A DNA stretch of 64,000 nucleotides, from assembly GCA_902793005.1 (NCBI GenBank), contig CADBBQ010000002.1:33501-97500 (forward strand), given 5' to 3'. The notes under the pieces were generated by a model. The model was not told where the DNA came from. It ran no database searches and worked only from the letters and a program-made list of their open reading frames with translations. Positions 17,350-27,913 of the stretch are shown here, piece by piece (position 1 is the first letter of the stretch; every line of letters begins with the position of its first letter). Source of the stretch: an uncultured Pseudomonadota bacterium. GTDB lineage: Bacteria > Pseudomonadota > Alphaproteobacteria > Rs-D84. The translations under genes were made by a program, and so were the position numbers.

Positions 17350-19668
17350 TTATGCGCGAAGGGTTGCGTGGCATTTTGTTGTCACGGCCGCAATTACTTT
17401 GTTTTGTAATTCGGTCAATTCTGCATCGCCCATATTTGATGTTGGATAAATCGTGATTGTAAATGCCACAGATTTATTTCCGCCACCCATATCAAACGAG
17501 TCAAAAATCACAACATCGCCAATGCGATTATCCGCACTGCGCGCCGTCGCAACCAATTGTGCCGCCGGGAATTTAGATTCCACAACAAACGCAAAATCAC
17601 GCGTAATTGGTTGAAATTCTGTGATTGGTGTTTTTGCGCGCTTTGGCGTATCCGGCAGATTTTTTATATCATCAACAATCGCAATAACCGTTGGTGATTT
17701 TATATGCAATTTGTGCGCAATACTGGGGTGTAATTCGCCAAATTCCGCAATCTGTTTTGGGCCTTGTTTTACCCGGCCATATTTATATGGATGCGCCCAC
17801 TTTGGTGCGTCGGTTGTTTCAATCGTGTATTTCTGATTTCCAATCAAATCCAGAATATCAGATTTTACATCAAACACATCAACATCGCGGTTGCGGTGCA
17901 TCCAATGTTTTGGCGATGTTGCGCCCGAACGCACTATACAAATTTGTGTGTGTTCGTCGCCCGGCATATCGCCATCAAACACCGTTCCCAATTCATACAT
18001 TGCGACATTTGGATAACCACGTTTGATATTGCCCGTCAATGCAATCAGCAAATTGCCCAACAAACTGTTTCGCATACAATCAAAATCAACCGTGATTGGA
18101 TTTGAAATTTTTATAATTGGTTTAGTCGATAACATACTTTCAATTTTAGAATTACCAAAACCAAACGATATGTTTTCATTTAATCCCATATTTGCCAAGC
18201 GACGTTTTAAACCAACACACCCGCGTGATTCTATTTTATCAGCGTTTTCTGATTTTGTTTCAACAACACCATTCAGGCCAACTTTGTCATAACCATAAAT
18301 TCTGATTAAGTCAGACACGATGTTTTCAGGTGCGGTCATATCAACACGCGCACTGCGTGGGGTAACGGTCCAAATACCGCCTTTGCCAGTCGCAACATTA
18401 AATTGCAAAGATTCCAAAATTTCGCGTTGTGTATCAATCGGCATATCAACACCTGTTCGTTGCAGGCAAAATGCCGGATTGTATGCGATTTTGTTCGGTG
18501 TAAATTCTGTGCGGCCGGCATTTACAACCGCCACAATTTCGCCACCACACGCATCCATTATAATTTCCGCCGCCGCCGCCAATGCGGGTCCCGACACATT
18601 TGGGTCAATACCGCGTTCATATCTGTATGATGCATCCGTTGATAATCCCAATCGTTTTGCGGTTTTACGAATGCCAACCGGTTCAAAATATGCAGATTCC
18701 AAAATAATATTTTTTGTGTCGTCCGTGGTCATCGCACGCGCACCACCAATAATTCCCGCCAATGCCAAAATACCCGACATATCGGCAATAACCAAATCTT
18801 TGTCGGTCAATTCGTGTGTGGCACCAAACAAGTCGGTAAATTTCTCGCCATTTTGTGCCGTGCGAACAATAATCGGGCCATTGACTTTGTCTGCATCAAA
18901 ACAATGAAGCGGTTGCGACATATCATAACAAATATAATTCGTTGCATCCACACACGCATTTTTCGGATTTATACCCGCCGCAGACAACCGACGCGCAATC
19001 TTGTCAGATGACGGTGCATTTTTAATACCGTGAATTTCCGCCATACGGTATGTCGGACAACGGTCAGACATTATTTGCACACTGCGTGCGCCCGGTTTTT
19101 CCGCCAAAATTTTTGGTGTTTTTGCAATATAACGCCCCGCGCCAGATGCCGCCAAATCCAGTGCAATCCCACGCACCGCCAAATAATCCGGACGGTTTGG
19201 TGTAATACCGGTATCAAATATCGCCGATGTGGCGCATCCCGCAATCTGTGTTCCGGGATTGGTGTCAGAATCCAATTCCATAATGCCATCATCATCTGTG
19301 CCGATGCCCAATTCTTGTTCACTGCACATCATACCGTTTGACATAACACCACGCAATTTCCCAGGTTCAATTTTATGTCCGTCAATTATGCATCCCGGAC
19401 GCGCCAATGCAGATACCATACCCACACGAACATTTGGTGCACCACATACAATCTGGCGTAATTTACCCGTCCCATCATCAACCATCAACACGTGCAAGTG
19501 GTCAGAATTTTCGTGCGGTTTGCACTCAATAATTTTTGCCGCAATTGGTGGCACAGGGGACACAAAATCTTCGACCTCTAATCCTGTGCGATTTAATGTA
19601 TCACAAATTTCTTCGGCAGAATAATCCGTATCCAGATATTCGCGCAACCATTCATATGTCCATTTCAT
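17350..19668 (-). CDS. pheT: Phenylalanyl-tRNA synthetase beta subunit
   Basis: N-terminal tRNA-binding domain (KPHENSDHLHVLMVD...VCGAPNV), B3/4 and B5 regions, 772 aa. Confidence 0.95.
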   Translation of the reverse strand: MKWTYEWLREYLDTDYSAEEICDTLNRTGLEVEDFVSPVPPIAAKIIECKPHENSDHLHVLMVDDGTGKLRQIVCGAPNVRVGMVSALARPGCIIDGHKIEPGKLRGVMSNGMMCSEQELGIGTDDDGIMELDSDTNPGTQIAGCATSAIFDTGITPNRPDYLAVRGIALDLAASGAGRYIAKTPKILAEKPGARSVQIMSDRCPTYRMAEIHGIKNAPSSDKIARRLSAAGINPKNACVDATNYICYDMSQPLHCFDADKVNGPIIVRTAQNGEKFTDLFGATHELTDKDLVIADMSGILALAGIIGGARAMTTDDTKNIILESAYFEPVGIRKTAKRLGLSTDASYRYERGIDPNVSGPALAAAAEIIMDACGGEIVAVVNAGRTEFTPNKIAYNPAFCLQRTGVDMPIDTQREILESLQFNVATGKGGIWTVTPRSARVDMTAPENIVSDLIRIYGYDKVGLNGVVETKSENADKIESRGCVGLKRRLANMGLNENISFGFGNSKIESMLSTKPIIKISNPITVDFDCMRNSLLGNLLIALTGNIKRGYPNVAMYELGTVFDGDMPGDEHTQICIVRSGATSPKHWMHRNRDVDVFDVKSDILDLIGNQKYTIETTDAPKWAHPYKYGRVKQGPKQIAEFGELHPSIAHKLHIKSPTVIAIVDDIKNLPDTPKRAKTPITEFQPITRDFAFVVESKFPAAQLVATARSADNRIGDVVIFDSFDMGGGNKSVAFTITIYPTSNMGDAELTELQNKVIAAVTTKCHATLRA

Positions 19669-19683
19669 TTTATTTCCCCCAAA

Positions 19684-20634
19684 TTAAAAACCACTATTTT
19701 TCAACCAGCGCACATCGCCATCATAAAATTGCCGTATGTCGTTCAGGCCAAATTTCAACATTGCGAGTCTATCCCAACCAAAACCAAATGCAAAGCCTTG
19801 GTATTCATCGGGATTCACACCACAATTACGCAACACATTTGGATGCACCATACCCGCACCCATTATTTCCAACCATTTATCACCCCATTTGATATCAATT
19901 TCTATTGATGGTTCGGTGAACGGAAAATACGATGGACGAATACGCATTTCTAATTTTTTTTCAAAAAACCGTTCCAGCATTGTGCGGATTGTCGCAACCA
20001 AATCAGACATTGTTATATGGGCATCGATTTTATCAACATATAAACCCTCTATCTGGCCGAACATAGGAGAGTGGGTTGCGTCCATTTCTTTGCGATATGT
20101 GCGTCCCACACCAAACATTTTAATTGGCACACCGTGCGTTTCCATTGCGCGAATTTGAATCGCCGATGTTTGTGTGCGCAACACATTACCATTATCCAGA
20201 AAGAAAGAATCTTGCATATCACGGGCCGGATGATATGACGGCGTATTCAATGCGGTAAAGTTATGCCAATCATCTTCGACCTCGGGTCCGGTCCACATTT
20301 CAAAACCCAGCGATTCCAAAATTGTCCCAATTTGCAATAATGTTTGGGTTAATGGATGAATTGTACCACAATTTTTTGGCGCTATATCCAATGTGACATC
20401 AACAAATTCGGTTTTTAATTTTTGATTCAATGCCGCCGTTTCTAATTCGGTTTGACGGATTTTAAACGCTTCACGCAGGGCCGCATTTTCCTTGTTCAAT
20501 TCGGCGCGGGCGGACGGTTCCATTTTTGACATTTCTTTTAACCGCAATGTCATTGACCCGTTTTTACCAAATACAGATGTATATAAAGATTGCAATTCTT
20601 CCAAACTGTTTACATTTTTAATTTGTTCTTGCAT
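19684..20634 (-). CDS. pheS: Phenylalanyl-tRNA synthetase alpha subunit
   Basis: Class II motifs (HPARDMQDSFF, FPFTEPS, GFAFGFGWDRLAM). Confidence 0.95.
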   Translation of the reverse strand: MQEQIKNVNSLEELQSLYTSVFGKNGSMTLRLKEMSKMEPSARAELNKENAALREAFKIRQTELETAALNQKLKTEFVDVTLDIAPKNCGTIHPLTQTLLQIGTILESLGFEMWTGPEVEDDWHNFTALNTPSYHPARDMQDSFFLDNGNVLRTQTSAIQIRAMETHGVPIKMFGVGRTYRKEMDATHSPMFGQIEGLYVDKIDAHITMSDLVATIRTMLERFFEKKLEMRIRPSYFPFTEPSIEIDIKWGDKWLEIMGAGMVHPNVLRNCGVNPDEYQGFAFGFGWDRLAMLKFGLNDIRQFYDGDVRWLKNSGF

Positions 20635-20716
20635 AACATAACCTTTGATTAAATATAAAAAGCCGCCAAATACTTGACGGCTTTATTATTACAAAACAAA
20701 ACACCACCGCCAAGGA

Positions 20717-21085
20717 TTATTTTGCATCCTTTGCGTTAAATCGTTTTGCAGTATCAATCAATTTTGTGAAGTTTTCATCACCCGCAAATGCCATTTCGGC
20801 CAAAACCTTGCGGTCCAGGGCGACGCCAGCCTTGCGCAGGCCGTTCATAAATTGAGAGTATGTTAAACCGTTATTACGCACCGCGGCGTTAATACGGACA
20901 ATCCATAAACCACGAAATTCGCGTTTTTTGACGCGACGGTCGCGATATGCATATTGACCCGCTTTTTCGGTTTTTTCACGTGCGGCACGGTATGTCGAAT
21001 GATGACGACCCAAATAACCCTTGGCACGTGCCAAGATTTTATTATGTTTTTGTTTAACTGTTGTTCCACGTTTTACTCTTGCCAT
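20717..21085 (-). CDS. rplT: Ribosomal protein L20
   Basis: [18 protein letters not shown]... is a typical L20 sequence. Confidence 0.95.
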   Translation of the reverse strand: MARVKRGTTVKQKHNKILARAKGYLGRHHSTYRAAREKTEKAGQYAYRDRRVKKREFRGLWIVRINAAVRNNGLTYSQFMNGLRKAGVALDRKVLAEMAFAGDENFTKLIDTAKRFNAKDAK

Positions 21086-21097
21086 AATTGCCCCCTA

Positions 21098-21301
21098 TTA
21101 TTTCAAACCGTATGGAGCCAAGATTTTGGCCTGACCCATCATATTATCGTTCAAATACTGTGGCTTGGATCCCGCGTTATTCGCGCGTTTGGATTTATGA
21201 CGCAGTAATTTTTTGTGAGCATTTCTGGCAACACGGATTTTCCCAGTTGCAGTCATCGACGCACGTTTTTTTAAATAAGACTTTGTCTTTAATTTTGGCA
21301 T
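21098..21301 (-). CDS. rpmI: Ribosomal protein L35
   Basis: MPKLKTKS start at 21301, inside the longer track ORF 21098..21517. Confidence 0.9.
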   Translation of the reverse strand: MPKLKTKSYLKKRASMTATGKIRVARNAHKKLLRHKSKRANNAGSKPQYLNDNMMGQAKILAPYGLK

Positions 21302-21444
21302 TTTTAATCCTTTTGTTTTATATCCTGATGGCAATGCCTGGGATGCCATTTTGGACGGTTTATGCCCATATTTTGGCATATAAAAAAGAAAAATCAAGTT
21401 TTTATTGAATCTTGGGATTTTAGTGTTTAGACTGGGGGGTGAAA

Positions 21445-22266
21445 ATGAATAAAAACAGTTTATCTTTACGGGCAACAAAAATGCTGAAATCGGCGATTGC
21501 CGCCGCCGCAGTACCATTGATTTTTATATTTGTGTTGGTTGCAAAACCGGATTTTTACCTGATAAACTGGGCCGGACATATTGTTTTACCGGTGGCACAT
21601 TTTATTGGCGATGTTATTACTTGGCCGGTACGGGCATTGGGGGAATCGGTTGAAAACATCTATGATTTGGCCAGTCTGCGCGCCGAAAATGAAAAATTAC
21701 GCAATGAATTAGATGCGTTGCGCGAAAATCAAAATGCTTGTACCGTCGCAATTGCTGAAAACAAGCGATTGGAATCAGAATTAGATATCGTGCGTGCAAC
21801 ACCACAAAATGTTATTATGGCGGATGTTATCTTTGATACGGTCGCAATGCATCACAGTAATTTTTTAATAAACAAGGGTGTGTTTGACGGTGTAAAAAAA
21901 GGTATGGTCGTTGTATCAATTGACGGTGTTTTGGCCGGAATTGTCGCGGATGTTGGTGGCGATTTTTCCCGTGTGCGTGCACTGAACGATGCCGACAGTA
22001 ATATTGCCGTGCGTATTGCCGGGGACGAGGTTTATGGTTTTTTATCGGGGGATGGAACAAAAACACCGGAAATTGGTTTATTCAGTCGGCCTGAATTTAA
22101 ACCGGCCCGTGGTATGACCATTATAACCAGTAATATCAGCGGGGTTTTGCCAAACGGTATTTTGGTTGGCACAATGAAAAACGAACGCGATGTTAATGTG
22201 TTGTTGCCTGATGCGGTTTCCCGTGTAAAAGTGTTGGAATTTGATAATAATAATGAATATAAATGA
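21445..22266 (+). CDS. mreC: Rod shape-determining protein MreC
   Basis: N-terminal TM segment, coiled LRAENEKLRNELD, C-terminal beta domains, and its position upstream of mreD-mrdA-rodA. Confidence 0.85.
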   Translation: MNKNSLSLRATKMLKSAIAAAAVPLIFIFVLVAKPDFYLINWAGHIVLPVAHFIGDVITWPVRALGESVENIYDLASLRAENEKLRNELDALRENQNACTVAIAENKRLESELDIVRATPQNVIMADVIFDTVAMHHSNFLINKGVFDGVKKGMVVVSIDGVLAGIVADVGGDFSRVRALNDADSNIAVRIAGDEVYGFLSGDGTKTPEIGLFSRPEFKPARGMTIITSNISGVLPNGILVGTMKNERDVNVLLPDAVSRVKVLEFDNNNEYK

Positions 22267-22721
22267 TACGAAATATATTATCTTGGTTATGTGATATATC
22301 GCCGTTTTTGGCGGTGATTATATTATGGCGATTACAGATGCCTGTTTTTAATCCGGCCGGCATTTTGGCGATTATACCGATGTTTTATTATTCTTTTGTG
22401 CGGCCTATAAATTGGATGCCATTAATGTCGATAATATTTTGTTTTTTAATTGATTATAATATGGATACGAAATTATATTGGGTTGGTGTATATTTGGTTG
22501 CGTATGCGATAAATGGATTTCAATACTTTATTGATTTACCACGCGCAGATAAAAATGCAATTGTGCCTTTTATGATTTTTTTTGGTGCGGTGATGTTTGT
22601 GTTAATGATTGCAAATTTATCGTGGATTGTAATTGGGCGGGGAATATGGATGTTTATATGGATTACGGCACTGTATTTTCCAATAACAAAATTATTAAAC
22701 AGGATACACGGCGATGATTGA
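22263..22721 (+). CDS. mreD: Rod shape-determining protein MreD
   Basis: Polytopic 152-aa membrane protein lying between mreC and mrdA. Confidence 0.7.
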   Translation: MIRNILSWLCDISPFLAVIILWRLQMPVFNPAGILAIIPMFYYSFVRPINWMPLMSIIFCFLIDYNMDTKLYWVGVYLVAYAINGFQYFIDLPRADKNAIVPFMIFFGAVMFVLMIANLSWIVIGRGIWMFIWITALYFPITKLLNRIHGDD

Positions 22722-24489
22722 TATCGAGGTTGGACATACATTTGACCGACGCAGCGCACTGTTTTTAACAACAGGCGCGGTTTTGACATCTGTGTTGGTT
22801 TTGCGTATGTTACAGATGCAGGTTTTTAATTATCGTGATTATAAAAAGAAATCTGAAAATAATTCATTTCGTATTCAAATCAATATGCCAGAACGCGGAA
22901 AAATTTTATCAACCGAGGGGATTCCTATTTCGCGCGATACACCAATTTACCGTATTTATATCGTCCCCGAAGAAACAGAAAACCTGGATGAATTGTTAAA
23001 CACTTTGACAACCGATTTAAAATTGCGCGAAAAAACAATTAAACGCATTTGGGCCCAGATTAGAAAACAACAAAAATTTCAACCGGTATTAATTTCGGAA
23101 CATACCGATTGGAAAAACTTGGCCCGGGTTCAGGCAAAAAATTTACCCGGTGTTCATATTTCATCTGGGTTTGCGCGTGTATATGAAATGGGTGAATCGG
23201 GCGCGCATATTTTCGGTTATGTTGGTGCACCAAAAAATCCGGTTGCAAATGCGCCTTTCTTTACAACGGGTATTTTGGGTTTGGAAAAACGATTTAATGA
23301 TGAAATGGCCGGGACCCCGGGACAAACCGTTATGTTATCTAATGCGGTGGGGCGCATTACCGGCGAAGATGAAGACCAATATATTAAACCGGTGGCCGGA
23401 AACGATATAAAAACAACTGTGCGGTGGGATGCGCAACGCGTTTTATATGATGCTTTGATTCAACACCAGGCCGGATGTGGCGTGGCATTGGATATTGAAA
23501 CCGGTGATATTTTGGCAATGACATCGGCACCTGGGTTTGATGCCGGCAAATTTACATCGGATGACGCCGAAGATTATATGGATGGATTGCTGCACGATTA
23601 TACAAAACCGTTTGTGAACAAAACCGTCGAAGGATTGTTTCCGCCGGGTTCTACATTTAAAATTGTTGTTGCGTTGGCGGCGTTGGAATCGGGTGCAATT
23701 ACCCCCGATGAACAGGTCTATTGCCCGGGATATTGGGATTATGGCGACCGCAGATATCATTGCTGGGAACACAAAGGACACGGGCACGTAAATTTGGCCG
23801 GCGCATTGGCACATTCGTGCGATATTTATTTTTATCGCCTGGCATTAAAAATTGGAATTGATGCGATACGAAAAATGGCACTGCGTTTGGGATTGGGTGA
23901 AAAATATATGACCGACATTTTTCCAAAAGAAATGGCCGGTGTGATTCCTGATAAATATTGGAAGGAAAAACACGTCGGGGCCAATTGGGTGCACGGGGAC
24001 ACGGTGATTTCCGGAATTGGCCAGGGTTTTATTTTAACAAACTGTTTGCAATTGGCGGTTATGATTGCACGCGCAGTATCAAATAAAATTGTTGTTCCAC
24101 GATTAATTTATGATGATAAAAAACCAAAATTTAAATCGCTGGGGCTGATGGATAAAAATATTAAATTTGTGCAACGGGGGTTGGAACAGGTGACACAACC
24201 CGGGGGCACCGCCGCGGGCAGTGCAATAAATGTTGATGGTGCAAAAATGGCCGGGAAAACCGGCACATCCCAGGTGCGAAATATATCACGCGCCGAACGC
24301 GCAACGGGTGTGTTGTCTGCATCACAATTAGAGTGGAACAAACGAAACCACGGTTTGTTTGTGGGATATGCACCATTGGACAAGCCAAAATATGCGGTAT
24401 GCGTTATTACCGAACATTCCGGCGGCAGTGGCCCCGCCGCACGAACTGTCGCGGCGGTAATGAAAACTTTATTACAAGGTGATAAATAA
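22714..24489 (+). CDS. mrdA: Penicillin-binding protein 2 (elongasome transpeptidase)
   Basis: Motifs STFK and KTGTSQ, plus a PBP dimerisation region. Confidence 0.9.
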   Translation: MIDIEVGHTFDRRSALFLTTGAVLTSVLVLRMLQMQVFNYRDYKKKSENNSFRIQINMPERGKILSTEGIPISRDTPIYRIYIVPEETENLDELLNTLTTDLKLREKTIKRIWAQIRKQQKFQPVLISEHTDWKNLARVQAKNLPGVHISSGFARVYEMGESGAHIFGYVGAPKNPVANAPFFTTGILGLEKRFNDEMAGTPGQTVMLSNAVGRITGEDEDQYIKPVAGNDIKTTVRWDAQRVLYDALIQHQAGCGVALDIETGDILAMTSAPGFDAGKFTSDDAEDYMDGLLHDYTKPFVNKTVEGLFPPGSTFKIVVALAALESGAITPDEQVYCPGYWDYGDRRYHCWEHKGHGHVNLAGALAHSCDIYFYRLALKIGIDAIRKMALRLGLGEKYMTDIFPKEMAGVIPDKYWKEKHVGANWVHGDTVISGIGQGFILTNCLQLAVMIARAVSNKIVVPRLIYDDKKPKFKSLGLMDKNIKFVQRGLEQVTQPGGTAAGSAINVDGAKMAGKTGTSQVRNISRAERATGVLSASQLEWNKRNHGLFVGYAPLDKPKYAVCVITEHSGGSGPAARTVAAVMKTLLQGDK

Positions 24490-24490
24490 A

Positions 24491-25636
24491 ATGATGCGTC
24501 AAACACGTGTTTCAAATGCAGATATGATGACGATACCTGAAAAACTGTCGCGGTTTTTGTGGGGGTTATTTTTACCTATGTGCATTGTTTTGGCCATTTC
24601 CATTATGGTATTGTATTCGGCGGGTGGTGGACATTGGCAACCGTTTGCCGGGCCACAGTTGATAAAAATATTACTCGGGTTTGGTGTATTTTTCTTTGTT
24701 GCGTTTTCCAGTATTAAATTATGGTTAAAGTCTGCGTATTTAATTTATGCAATTGCGTTTATTATGATTGTGTTGGTGACATTTGTTGGCGATGTTGGTA
24801 TGGGTGCACAGCGATGGTTAAATTTGGGATTTATGAATATTCAGCCGTCTGAATTTATAAAAATCGCATTGGTGTTGGCGTTGGCGCGTTATTTTGCGTG
24901 GATGAATTCAGTAGAATTAACAATTGCAAAAAATTATATTGCGCCGGTATGTATGACACTTGTCCCATTTGCATTGATTGTTGCGCAACCGGACCTGGGC
25001 ACGGCGTTATCGATGTTGATGATTATGTTTGGTATGTTTTATATTGTTGGTGCACAAAAAAAATGGTTTATTATCGTTGCGATTTTGGGTGTTATGGCCG
25101 CACCGGTTGTATGGTTTGGGGGACTGCACGATTATCAACGGGACCGAATTATTACTTTTTTAGACCCCGACCACGATGCAAAAGGCGCCGGCTATCAAAT
25201 AAACCAGGCGAAAATTGCGTTTGGTTCGGGCGGTATTTTCGGCAAAGGTTATATGTCTGGCACACAATCACAACAATCATTTTTACCAGAAAAACAAACG
25301 GATTTTATATTTACTATGCTGGGTGAAGAGTTTGGATTTATTGGTGCGTTTATGTTGTTGGTGATATATACTTGGATTATATTGGTACTGTTTTGGTGTG
25401 CAAAAACCTGTAAAAATCGATTTGGGCAATTGGTGTGTTTTGGTTTTATGTTGAACTTTTTTGTTTATTATTTTATAAATATTTCAATGGTGTTGGGTTT
25501 ATTACCAACCGTTGGTGTGCCGTTGCCATTGATGTCTTTTGGTGGCAGCAGTCTGTTATCACTGATGTTTGGGTTTGGTTTGTGCCAAAACGCACATATA
25601 AATAAAGATCAACAATTATCTGCAAAAGGAAGTTAA
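24491..25636 (+). CDS. rodA: Peptidoglycan glycosyltransferase RodA (SEDS family)
   Basis: FtsW/RodA/SpoVE-like polytopic protein. The ATG at 24491 comes just after the mrdA stop. Confidence 0.9.
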   Translation: MMRQTRVSNADMMTIPEKLSRFLWGLFLPMCIVLAISIMVLYSAGGGHWQPFAGPQLIKILLGFGVFFFVAFSSIKLWLKSAYLIYAIAFIMIVLVTFVGDVGMGAQRWLNLGFMNIQPSEFIKIALVLALARYFAWMNSVELTIAKNYIAPVCMTLVPFALIVAQPDLGTALSMLMIMFGMFYIVGAQKKWFIIVAILGVMAAPVVWFGGLHDYQRDRIITFLDPDHDAKGAGYQINQAKIAFGSGGIFGKGYMSGTQSQQSFLPEKQTDFIFTMLGEEFGFIGAFMLLVIYTWIILVLFWCAKTCKNRFGQLVCFGFMLNFFVYYFINISMVLGLLPTVGVPLPLMSFGGSSLLSLMFGFGLCQNAHINKDQQLSAKGS

Positions 25637-25639
25637 ACG

Positions 25640-27910
25640 ATGAATTTATTGATTGTGGAATCTCCGTCCAAGGCGAAAACAATTGAAAAATATCTGGGTG
25701 CACCGTGGCGCGTTGTCGCATCTGTTGGTCATGTGCGTGATTTGGTACCTGAAAATGGCAGTGTTGATACAAACAACAATTTCAAAATGAAATGGCAAAT
25801 TATGCCCGGCAAAGAAAAACAATTAAAATTAATTATCGATTTGGTGAAAAAAGCCGATGCAGTATATTTGGCAAGCGACCCTGACCGCGAGGGCGAGGCA
25901 ATTGCCTGGCATTTGTTGGATATATTAAAATCCAGACGCGTTTTGGGTAAAACGCCTGTTTATCGTGTGGCGTTTCACGAAATTACAAAAAATGCGGTTA
26001 TGGCGGCTATAAAAGAGCCCAGGGAAATTGATTCTAATTTGGTTGATGCATATATTGTGCGCAGGGCCCTGGATTATTTAATTGGATTTAGTGTGTCGCC
26101 TTTGTTGTGGCGGCGAAACCTGGGGCGCAGCGCGGGTCGTGTGCAATCGGTTGCGGTAAAATTGGTTGTTGACCGCGAACGCGAGATAGAGGCATTTCGC
26201 CCCCAAGAATATTGGTCTTTACAAGCACAATGCAGTGTCGATGATGCAAAATTTAATAGTAATTTAATAAAATATAAAAATGAAAAAATTGATAAACAAA
26301 CCATCAAAGACAAAGAAACAATTGATAAAATTTTGGCGGATTTGGGTGAACCGGAAATTGGTGCCACGGTTATAAGTGTTGAAAAAAAGAAAACTTCGCG
26401 GCGTGCATTTGCACCGTTTACAACCAGTACACTGCAACAAGAGGCTGCACGTAAATTGCGTTTTTCATCCAAGCAAACTATGTCGGTTGCACAACATTTA
26501 TATGAACAGGGTTTAATTACATATATGCGAACCGACGCCACAAATTTGTCGGCTGAGGCCGTTGGTGAAATTCGCAAATATATCGAAAAAACATACGGGG
26601 AAAAATACCTGCCGAAAACACCAAATGTTTATGTGACGAAATCCAAAAATGCCCAAGAAGCGCACGAGGCAATAAGACCCACGCATTTTGATAAACCTGC
26701 AACCGGATTGGATACAAATGCGCAAAAATTATATGATTTAATTTGGCAACGCACGGTTTCTTGCCAAATGGTAAACGCGGAATTTTACTCGGTCGTTGTT
26801 GATATTAAACCGGACACCGCGGATGCCATTTTCCACAGTGTTGGGACAACTTGCACTTTTGATGGTTTTATGCATATTTATAATGAATCGCGTGATGATG
26901 ATGCGGCGGATGATAATGAAAAATTACCACCGTTAAATGTTGGCGATAAATTAAATATTGTGAATTTTATCCCGGAACAACATTTCACAACACCGCCCGC
27001 CCGATTTACCGAGGCTACATTGGTTAAAAAATTAGAAGAATTGGGAATAGGGCGTCCATCAACATATGCAACAATTATGTCCACTATTGTTGACCGCAGT
27101 TATGTCGAACAAGATAAGCAACATCGTTTTCATCCGACATCGGCTGGATGGATTATTTCGGCGTATTTATCAAAATATTTTACCGAATTGGTTGATGTGA
27201 ATTTTACCGCAAAAACCGAAGATACCTTGGACGATGTTTCAAATGGAAAGACGACAAAATTAAATGCGTTAAATGAATTCTGGACACCAACAAATGAAAC
27301 GATTGAGGCAGCACGCGGTGTTAAAACATCGGAAATTATTGATGTTATAAATGAATTTATGGCGCATCACTTGTTCCCGGACGGTAATACAAAATGTCCA
27401 AAATGTGGTGGCGCGTTAGGAATCAAACTGTCTAAATATGGTGCATTTATTGGGTGCAGTAATTATCCCGACTGTGATTATACTTTGAAAATTGGAACAA
27501 CAGAATCGGCGGAAATACCAAACGAAAATGATTCTGAAAAAAAACCAAACACACCAATTGATTTGGACGAAGGTATTGTTTTTTATCCGGTTGGAAAATT
27601 TGGACCATATGTTTCAAACGGTAAACAGAACGCATCCGCCAAGGGTTATACGGCCGACACAATGACGGTTGATATTGCCAAAGATTTATTGAATAAAAAA
27701 TCATCTGGGAAAACATCGGTTGAATTGGGAATTAACCCCGCAACTAAACAACCGATTTTATATTATGCAACCGGTCGATATGGCCCATATATTTCCAGCA
27801 ACAAGGTTAATGTTTCGGTAAAATCACAACCGGATTTGAAAACTGCGATTGAATTGATAAATAAAAAATCGCCGCTGAGTGCACGAAAACCGGCAAAAAA
27901 AGGAAAATAA
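25640..27910 (+). CDS. topA: DNA topoisomerase I
   Basis: LLIVESPSKAKTIEKYLG Toprim start, one C4 zinc ribbon and C-terminal Lys-rich repeats. Confidence 0.95.
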   Translation: MNLLIVESPSKAKTIEKYLGAPWRVVASVGHVRDLVPENGSVDTNNNFKMKWQIMPGKEKQLKLIIDLVKKADAVYLASDPDREGEAIAWHLLDILKSRRVLGKTPVYRVAFHEITKNAVMAAIKEPREIDSNLVDAYIVRRALDYLIGFSVSPLLWRRNLGRSAGRVQSVAVKLVVDREREIEAFRPQEYWSLQAQCSVDDAKFNSNLIKYKNEKIDKQTIKDKETIDKILADLGEPEIGATVISVEKKKTSRRAFAPFTTSTLQQEAARKLRFSSKQTMSVAQHLYEQGLITYMRTDATNLSAEAVGEIRKYIEKTYGEKYLPKTPNVYVTKSKNAQEAHEAIRPTHFDKPATGLDTNAQKLYDLIWQRTVSCQMVNAEFYSVVVDIKPDTADAIFHSVGTTCTFDGFMHIYNESRDDDAADDNEKLPPLNVGDKLNIVNFIPEQHFTTPPARFTEATLVKKLEELGIGRPSTYATIMSTIVDRSYVEQDKQHRFHPTSAGWIISAYLSKYFTELVDVNFTAKTEDTLDDVSNGKTTKLNALNEFWTPTNETIEAARGVKTSEIIDVINEFMAHHLFPDGNTKCPKCGGALGIKLSKYGAFIGCSNYPDCDYTLKIGTTESAEIPNENDSEKKPNTPIDLDEGIVFYPVGKFGPYVSNGKQNASAKGYTADTMTVDIAKDLLNKKSSGKTSVELGINPATKQPILYYATGRYGPYISSNKVNVSVKSQPDLKTAIELINKKSPLSARKPAKKGK

Positions 27911-27913
27911 TAA

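Noticed and set aside
18320-18907. Long antisense ORFs inside pheT. Similar cases are 52512-53162 in gyrB, 36404-36994 in galE, 532-1104 in ORF1 and 42041-42505 in the DUF374/lpxK region.
   Set aside because: They lie opposite strongly supported conserved genes. They have no SD or motif support and show low-complexity, biased composition typical of shadow ORFs.
20635-20716. pheM-like attenuator between rplT and pheS
   Set aside because: A hairpin (20659-20682) with a U-run exists on the minus strand. However, I found no convincing Phe-rich leader ORF with a start codon and SD, so it is most simply the rplT terminator.
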